A DNA stretch of 64,000 nt from a virus (lineage: Duplodnaviria; Caudoviricetes), in the IMG/VR virus record IMGVR_UViG_3300025066_000012, positions 32,001 to 96,000 of that record; one strand, given 5' to 3'. Every line of letters starts with the position of its first letter. The stretch's first letter is position 1. Below are positions 58,386-64,000 of the stretch, one piece after another. The notes under the pieces were generated by a model. The model did no database searches. It was given only the letters and a program-made list of their open reading frames with translations, and was not told the origin of the DNA. Made by a program: the position numbers and the translations under genes.

Positions 58386-59198
58386 TTAGGTAGACATTTG
58401 TAAGATCAGCGAAACTACTTCTTCTGTTCGCTGATCATTAAGTAAATCTAAAGAAAAGATTATCTCTTCTGCTGACATTTTGGCAACGACGAGTCCTAAA
58501 ATGTCTTTATTAATAATCGCGGGGCCAGACTTAATTTCATCAATCAAGTAAGAGACATCATCTCTTGTTGCCATCGCTAATGAACGACGCCCATTCCAAG
58601 TAAGTCTAGCGTCACCAATACTCCTTGGAAGAAATTCTTTATAACAACTCACAAGGCCAACTCTTTGAATTAGCTTGTGTATCAATCTGTGTTCGGCGGC
58701 ACTGATCCTGCGGCTTCCAGACCTACTCCTAGACACCTTATCCTTCAATACGCGACTAGCAATATTTGCAGGAAGAATATTGCAAGACTCAGCCGCCAAC
58801 CTTTGGTCTTTAGATGTAACTAATCTTTTTGCCATAATTATTTTCTCTTTTGCATTCATGTGACCCACTGAGCAGTAGGCAAAAATACCCTGTGAATGAT
58901 TCTTTAAAATAGCTTTATCACCTGAGGAATAAACAATTGTTTTAACTAAATTATCAATTACACCGCCGAAGGATCTGCCATCATTCAATGAATAAAAATA
59001 CCTATACCTCGGATAGTGATTCCATCTAGAGTCCTTTATCACAGCAATCTTGGCTCTATCAGAAAGGGCCATCCAATAATTTAGAATTTTCTCTTGATCC
59101 TTAAACTCTGGCATCCAGTTATACTTTGTTTCGACCCCCTCCAAAGAGAGAAGTTCTTTCATAAAATTATCATAATTTTTATTAATCTTTTTTGGCAT
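58386..59198 (-). CDS. Helical hypothetical protein (possible distant member of the paralog family)
   Basis: 270 aa, helical; LVTSKDQRL repeat-like segment. Confidence 0.7.
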   Translation of the reverse strand: MPKKINKNYDNFMKELLSLEGVETKYNWMPEFKDQEKILNYWMALSDRAKIAVIKDSRWNHYPRYRYFYSLNDGRSFGGVIDNLVKTIVYSSGDKAILKNHSQGIFAYCSVGHMNAKEKIIMAKRLVTSKDQRLAAESCNILPANIASRVLKDKVSRSRSGSRRISAAEHRLIHKLIQRVGLVSCYKEFLPRSIGDARLTWNGRRSLAMATRDDVSYLIDEIKSGPAIINKDILGLVVAKMSAEEIIFSLDLLNDQRTEEVVSLILQMST

Positions 59199-59238
59199 CT
59201 TAATTTTCCATACATACTATGCTGGTGATCATTAGCTG

Positions 59239-59592
59239 TCAAATTCCGTGTGGAATCGGCATACGAACTCCGCCCACACTACCTACACAAACGACGACAA
59301 TTTTATTGAAAATTGCCATTACATTTCGTTCTTTATTTTTCAATACTTTAATCTTAAATACAAGACTTGTTACTCCTGACTCATAGAAAGAAACATCTAA
59401 TGTGATTATATCTCCACACCGGGCATCATGCAAAAAGTCAGCAGATTCAATATGGCGAACAACACAGTTTAGATTTGTTAGTTCTTTTGCATGAACCTCA
59501 CAAGACTCCGCTGCCCATCCCAATAAGATTGGCCCCGTAAGGCAATCATGCTCATCCAACTCCGCTTGAGTTACTGGGTATCTAAATATCAT
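59239..59592 (-). CDS. Hotdog-fold acyl-CoA thioesterase-like protein
   Basis: ELD.H..L.G.ILLGW, DFL..AR.GDII, G.TSL, PIP. Confidence 0.75.
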   Translation of the reverse strand: MIFRYPVTQAELDEHDCLTGPILLGWAAESCEVHAKELTNLNCVVRHIESADFLHDARCGDIITLDVSFYESGVTSLVFKIKVLKNKERNVMAIFNKIVVVCVGSVGGVRMPIPHGI

Positions 59593-59602
59593 ATATTACA
59601 TC

Positions 59603-59827
59603 CTAAATTTGGAAGTCGTAACATCTTGACGGGTAAAGATCTAACCGCAATCCTTCTGCTGGAAGTCTAATTACATTAAAGCCAACAGGATTTACCTTGT
59701 CCATAATCTCACAGGTTTTTATGGCCTCTTCCTTCTTTGTAAAGAATCTTGGCGTTTGATCTTCCGGCCATGAAGAGCCTGAGTATGGCAAATGGCCGCG
59801 CTTTGTTATGAAAAATACATACTTCAT
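59603..59827 (-). CDS. Hypothetical protein
   Basis: Coupled ORF. Confidence 0.65.
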   Translation of the reverse strand: MKYVFFITKRGHLPYSGSSWPEDQTPRFFTKKEEAIKTCEIMDKVNPVGFNVIRLPAEGLRLDLYPSRCYDFQI

Positions 59828-60888
59828 TAGAAGGTCAGTGCTGGCGGGAGATCTCCGCCACTCTCTGAGCCTGGAACATATACTCCGCCATTGTCTATGT
59901 ATTCTCTGAGGCCCCTTAAGCCCTTGGCGTTATCAACCAAGAAGAGAGCATGCTCTTGCTTGAAGTTTTTCATAGCCAGAAAAACAGGAAACATACTTGC
60001 CAGGGAGAAAACCGTAGACCTGAATGTATTAACTGTGGATCGACTCAACCCATAGGCTGAATTAATATACTTCACCTTCGCCTTCTCGTTGTAAGCTTTG
60101 AAATCAATATCATTGCAGTCAACAAAAACCTTGAACACGTGCTCTGTGAGACTTGCGTCAAAGTCTAGCTGATATCTCTTGCTATACTTGAAAGCGCGGA
60201 GTGCATTAAAAACCTTAGATGGAAGAGTTCCAGAATCATAAACCCCTCCATTGTTAAGCTCTAGAGTTCCATTATTAAATGCATCCATAGCTGCGCTTTC
60301 ATAATAAATCTCTCCATCTTTCCATGCCATCATACAATTCTTGAAATCAAATCCAGACAAAAGGTCTTCAACCAAAGAAACTGGCCTCTTTATGAATTGG
60401 TGATTTACAAGCCTGAATCTATTATAATCACCATTCGCCTGCGTTGCCTCAAAAGTGTTCGCCCACTGAGTTGACGTAAGCAGCGTTGACAGACCTAAGG
60501 CATCAAACTTAGGAATAGACTTCCTAGTATCGAACAATGCATTGCCCTCGACGGTGTCCTTTTCTGGATGATCACAAACAAGCTTATGATATTCATTATC
60601 ATCTTTAAAGACTTCGTTATCATCTGCAAACCAGATATCTATATCAGAAAACGAACCAGAAAGCAATCCCCCTGGTCTGATTGGAACATTACTCTTAATG
60701 TTCTTTACCAGAAGATTCCAGTGGAAGTCTTGCTGGCAAGCCTTCTCAAGAAGGTACAGATAGACTATCGACCCACCGGCAACGATGGGATCTAAATCTC
60801 TTAGCTTCTGATTCGGAATCAGAAAATTTTCTACAAGGAAATTAATTCTATCATTCTTTTCAACACAAATCATACTTGCTCCGCTCAT
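59827..60888 (-). CDS. Nucleotidyltransferase, poly(A) polymerase/CCA-enzyme head-like
   Basis: IVAGGS, SDIDIWF, FDF.NCM, RAFKY..RY. Confidence 0.7.
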   Translation of the reverse strand: MSGASMICVEKNDRINFLVENFLIPNQKLRDLDPIVAGGSIVYLYLLEKACQQDFHWNLLVKNIKSNVPIRPGGLLSGSFSDIDIWFADDNEVFKDDNEYHKLVCDHPEKDTVEGNALFDTRKSIPKFDALGLSTLLTSTQWANTFEATQANGDYNRFRLVNHQFIKRPVSLVEDLLSGFDFKNCMMAWKDGEIYYESAAMDAFNNGTLELNNGGVYDSGTLPSKVFNALRAFKYSKRYQLDFDASLTEHVFKVFVDCNDIDFKAYNEKAKVKYINSAYGLSRSTVNTFRSTVFSLASMFPVFLAMKNFKQEHALFLVDNAKGLRGLREYIDNGGVYVPGSESGGDLPPALTF

Positions 60889-60903
60889 TCTTGGTTAGTA
60901 AAC

Positions 60904-61356
60904 TCAAGCCAATAATTTGTAAATGCAAAACCTACTCCCAACCTCTTTGACAATCGGAAGGCCTAAGAGAACATTTCTCTGAAAACCGCGAGTTGTTTTG
61001 CCGTCTGCCTTAATATCTCTTCTTACCGATAGATAAGCAATTCCGTTCGGAGCTAATAAGCTCTTTATTTTTTCAATCACAATATCAGACTCTTCTACGG
61101 AAAGAACATTCAAAACGTATGTACACAATATGGTGTCGTACTTCTTTGACACAAGATTTGCTGGTTGCCAATGCGGGTCATAGCCACCTACTCGATAACC
61201 CTTCTTATCTAAGTAGGTTAAATCATCACCGCGACCGCAGCCATAATCCAGAACCTCTCCCACAATTAGCTTCTCTGACTCTAAATGAGATACTATCGAG
61301 GAAGGTTTATTCCTTTTGATCGCCGTTTTCCAGCTGGAAACATCCTCGGCTGGCAT
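60904..61356 (-). CDS. Class I SAM-dependent methyltransferase
   Basis: VLDYGCGRG.D, YDP, YDTILCTYVLNV. Confidence 0.9.
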   Translation of the reverse strand: MPAEDVSSWKTAIKRNKPSSIVSHLESEKLIVGEVLDYGCGRGDDLTYLDKKGYRVGGYDPHWQPANLVSKKYDTILCTYVLNVLSVEESDIVIEKIKSLLAPNGIAYLSVRRDIKADGKTTRGFQRNVLLGLPIVKEVGSRFCIYKLLA

Positions 61357-61359
61357 TAC

Positions 61360-62205
61360 CTAATACTCCCTAATCCCATGCTCAGATGCCAGCCTCTTCT
61401 TAAGACGATCAATCGCTCGTATTTCTAACTTTCTAACCCACTCTCTCGAAATTCCCATTTCTTTTGAAACTTCTCGCAGAGTCTTTGGCTCGTCTGTTAG
61501 AAATCTATATCTCAGAATGGCGCTCTCATCCTTTGGCATATTATCAATGAGCGAATTAAGAACGAGACTCATCTTATCTTCTTCGGATAGAACTCTGGAC
61601 AGTTCTTTGTCCGCTCTTTCGTCAGGTATCAAGTCCAGTCGGAAGTTGCCCCGGCTTCCATCGTCACTCTTAATTGGGGCGTCAAGCCTGGTATCAAAAC
61701 CTCTTAAAGAACCAGACATAGACTCGACTGAGTCCCTGCTGACATTGAGCTTTTCCGCTACAAATTCAAGCTTCTTTTCTCCTGATAAACCTTTTTCTTC
61801 TGCTAGATTCATTGTCTTTGAGAGGTTCGAGAACAAAACTCTATCATCCCTTGTGGTTCCGAGCTTCACGATAGAGCGGTAAGTCATAACATGCTTTCGC
61901 ATATTAGCCTTCACCCACCACATAGCATACGTTAAAAACGTAACCCCCTTATCTTCGTCAAACATTTCTGCGGCCTTCAAAAGCCCCGCTATACCCTCTT
62001 GAATCAAGTCGCTATACGATAGATACTGGTTCCTCTTCTTAAAAGAATATGCTTCTCTCGTAACAATTCTCATGTTAGACAGAATAAGACTATCTAGCGC
62101 CGCCTTATCCGCCTGCTCTTGCCACTTCTTAACGAGTTCCGTCTGTCCGGCATGTGATATAATCGGATTGTTTTTTATAATCTTATCTATTAGATTTGTA
62201 TCCAT
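61360..62205 (-). CDS. Sigma factor, RpoH/RpoD-like (regions 1.2-4)
   Basis: NMRIV, DLIQEGIAGLLKAAEMFD..KG..F.TYA.WW, RpoH-box-like IVKLGTTRDDRVLFSNL, TLREV..EMGISREWVRKLE. Confidence 0.93.
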   Translation of the reverse strand: MDTNLIDKIIKNNPIISHAGQTELVKKWQEQADKAALDSLILSNMRIVTREAYSFKKRNQYLSYSDLIQEGIAGLLKAAEMFDEDKGVTFLTYAMWWVKANMRKHVMTYRSIVKLGTTRDDRVLFSNLSKTMNLAEEKGLSGEKKLEFVAEKLNVSRDSVESMSGSLRGFDTRLDAPIKSDDGSRGNFRLDLIPDERADKELSRVLSEEDKMSLVLNSLIDNMPKDESAILRYRFLTDEPKTLREVSKEMGISREWVRKLEIRAIDRLKKRLASEHGIREY

Positions 62206-62217
62206 TGTGCTCCAATG

Positions 62218-62463
62218 TTATTTTTCAAAAGTTTTATCGATCTTTCGTTCAGCTCTCTTAAAGCGCTCTTCTCTTTCGCTATAAATAAGATCATCATACA
62301 GATGATCCCAACTATCTTCATAGTCTTCATCATATTCATCTGAATGAATTTCGCGCGAAATACCGTCTGAGCGTGGCTTTGGTTTCCGCCGAGCATTATT
62401 CGCGTCTAAAATAGCTTTTCTATTAAAATCTTTCATGTCCTTCTTTTGTGGCTTTAGCCACAT
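62218..62463 (-). CDS. Charged hypothetical protein
   Basis: AGGAG SD. Confidence 0.65.
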   Translation of the reverse strand: MWLKPQKKDMKDFNRKAILDANNARRKPKPRSDGISREIHSDEYDEDYEDSWDHLYDDLIYSEREERFKRAERKIDKTFEK

Positions 62464-62543
62464 ATTCTCCTATTATCTATAGTTAATTACGAAGCATTAC
62501 CCCATTCAGATGCCTTGGTGTAGAGATCTATCTCAATTTCAGG

Positions 62544-63698
62544 CTATGACATATCCCATTCTGGCCTCAGGCCAATTCCTACGGGAAAACGAGGTACTCC
62601 GTCGTCTGAAAGCTCAAAAAACTGAACGGTTAACTTCTCTCCGATATACTTACTTCCATTCTTAAACAACTCGGCTCGCCTTTCGTGAGTCCCCTTTGGT
62701 CGCACTCCAAACTCGTCTCCAGAGTCAGTAATGCATCGCCAAACAACAAGTCCGGACTCTCTTCCGTCCCCGTCTGTAAAGCCTACAACCTCATATTCGT
62801 CTGAAATGAAGCGCTTGATTTTTTGCAAACTATACGAACGATTCTTATAGACGTAAGGACTTCCGACGTTTCTAGCCATTAGTCCCTCATAAGAATCCTT
62901 GATAGCCGCAGCCTCATGCTCACCTAGCTCGTTCTCTGTCTTTGCAAGCGAAGCCTTCGCTACAATAACATTAGGAGCCTTAGCTAGACCATACTCAAAG
63001 TTTTGATTATGTTCTGTATAGATAGCCTCTCCATCATCAGTATGGGTAATCATCCTCTCTTCAAAGGGGAGAGACGTATGGGGAAGATCATAAATGTGAT
63101 ACTCTAAGAGATCAGTATCCGGCCTCTGCTTCTTTGCCGCAGAGATAATCCTCTGGAATGTCCAGCCATGAACGTAGACCTCACCATCTGTACACTGTCC
63201 TTCGTCTAGAAAGAGTTCTAGCTGTGACCGAATGTTCTCAAGAACGTCAAGAGGCTTTCCCGTTCGTGACCAGATAGTAACTACTCCATCTTCCTTTCGA
63301 GCAAGAAGTCTCAGCCCATCATACTTAACCTGAGTATAACAGGGGAATTTAATCTTCGACGCATACTTGTCGTATCGGTGAGCAAGCATCGGAAGGAACA
63401 GGCCATCTGACGTAGAAGGAATCTTAGTTTTGTCTTCTACATATCCTTCGTCCTTCTTCTTACTATGCGAAGACTTAGCCTCTGAACATGCCTGCTCGTA
63501 AATCGTAGTCTCATTGGCCCTGCCAATATTCTTTCCCTCTCCTACATAGCGAGAGTCAAGCTGCTTCTTTCCATCGGCATAACCATGCTCGGTTTCAATA
63601 TAGCAGGTTCCGTCGCCCATCTGACGAACAGAGATATTCCATTCCTTAAGCTTTCCGCTCTTTGACTTGCCATACAGTGTATTAAATTTCATTTTCAA
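62544..63698 (-). CDS. ATP-dependent DNA ligase
   Basis: PMLA, KYDGLR (motif I), SRTGK, DGEVY, YHIYD, EGLMAR, KIK, PRFP. Confidence 0.95.
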   Translation of the reverse strand: MKMKFNTLYGKSKSGKLKEWNISVRQMGDGTCYIETEHGYADGKKQLDSRYVGEGKNIGRANETTIYEQACSEAKSSHSKKKDEGYVEDKTKIPSTSDGLFLPMLAHRYDKYASKIKFPCYTQVKYDGLRLLARKEDGVVTIWSRTGKPLDVLENIRSQLELFLDEGQCTDGEVYVHGWTFQRIISAAKKQRPDTDLLEYHIYDLPHTSLPFEERMITHTDDGEAIYTEHNQNFEYGLAKAPNVIVAKASLAKTENELGEHEAAAIKDSYEGLMARNVGSPYVYKNRSYSLQKIKRFISDEYEVVGFTDGDGRESGLVVWRCITDSGDEFGVRPKGTHERRAELFKNGSKYIGEKLTVQFFELSDDGVPRFPVGIGLRPEWDMS

Positions 63699-63931
63699 TC
63701 CTTACAGCTAGTGTTAATTTCAATCCAACTCTGGATGGAAGCATATTCAACTTGCATAACAAACTTTAATTCAAATCTCTGTCCCCAATATTCAGGCTCG
63801 ACTATTGAGAGAAAACAAGTTCCGTCTGTTCTTTCATAACAGAAGTAATGGTTCCCAATAATTGGCTCTAACGCCAATTCTGCGTCAATGGTTGCAGGCT
63901 CATCGAGTCGCTCAACTTGAACAAAGCTCAT
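63695..63931 (-). CDS. DUF2452-like protein
   Basis: EPIIG..Y.CYER.DG..FLSIV.PE.W. Confidence 0.6.
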   Translation of the reverse strand: MSFVQVERLDEPATIDAELALEPIIGNHYFCYERTDGTCFLSIVEPEYWGQRFELKFVMQVEYASIQSWIEINTSCKD

Positions 63932-64000
63932 ACTTCCTCAGAATCTCTCGGAGAAAACTCAGCTTTTGCAAAAAACATATCTGTTGGGTCACGCTGATAT

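Noticed and set aside
241-62284. Most plus-strand ORFs in the track
   Set aside because: They are antisense shadows of well-supported minus-strand genes. Only 51761..52795 and 57839..58084 occupy their own space.
1-64000. Genome-wide stop-codon reassignment (code 15 or 4), suggested by the release factor and in-frame stops
   Set aside because: Long genes are intact under code 11, and TAA, TAG and TGA all end conserved genes at expected positions (e.g. ligase and RpoH-like sigma end in TAG, GroEL in TGA). The interruptions are site-specific.
1-64000. tRNA, rRNA, inteins, integrase or transposase
   Set aside because: No T-loop cloverleafs, intein-sized insertions or recombinase motifs were found by eye. 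tRNAscan-SE and HMM scans would be needed to exclude them fully.

Overview
A 64-kb segment of an AT-rich jumbo/huge bacteriophage genome. Genes are densely packed, use the standard code 11 and lie almost all on the minus strand. It encodes replication and repair functions (DnaE running off the left edge, SbcCD, a stand-alone primase Zn-binding domain, FtsK motor, PD-(D/E)XK nuclease, 5'-3' exonuclease, ATP-dependent ligase, HU) and two sigma-70-family factors. It also has a proteostasis set (GroEL, Hsp20, ClpP, M16 peptidase, MoxR-AAA plus vWA partner), nucleotide and nitrogen metabolism (PurA, IMPDH/GMPR, ThyX, type II glutamine synthetase), RNA and translation factors (class I release factor, TrmH, KhpA, two nucleotidyltransferases), probable virion proteins and many small hypotheticals. 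The most striking signals are candidate translational-recoding sites that the ORF track misses. (1) A release factor lacking domain 1, with a hybrid SPT codon-recognition motif, is split by CTT-TAG-C, an amber version of the prfB +1 frameshift at a different position in the protein. (2) The purA P-loop (WG|DEAKGK) is interrupted by a 12-nt hairpin-forming insert carrying an in-frame TAA, a candidate bypass or excision element. (3) A third gene is split by a single in-frame TAA. Also seen: a fixed-spacing phage promoter motif (5 copies), a second short upstream motif, a shared helical leader on three probable virion proteins, and a recombination scar (orphan IMPDH/GMPR 3' end plus a duplicated DUF3310 gene) around the release-factor cassette. 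No tRNA, rRNA or CRISPR array was seen. All family assignments are by eye from motifs; no searches were run.
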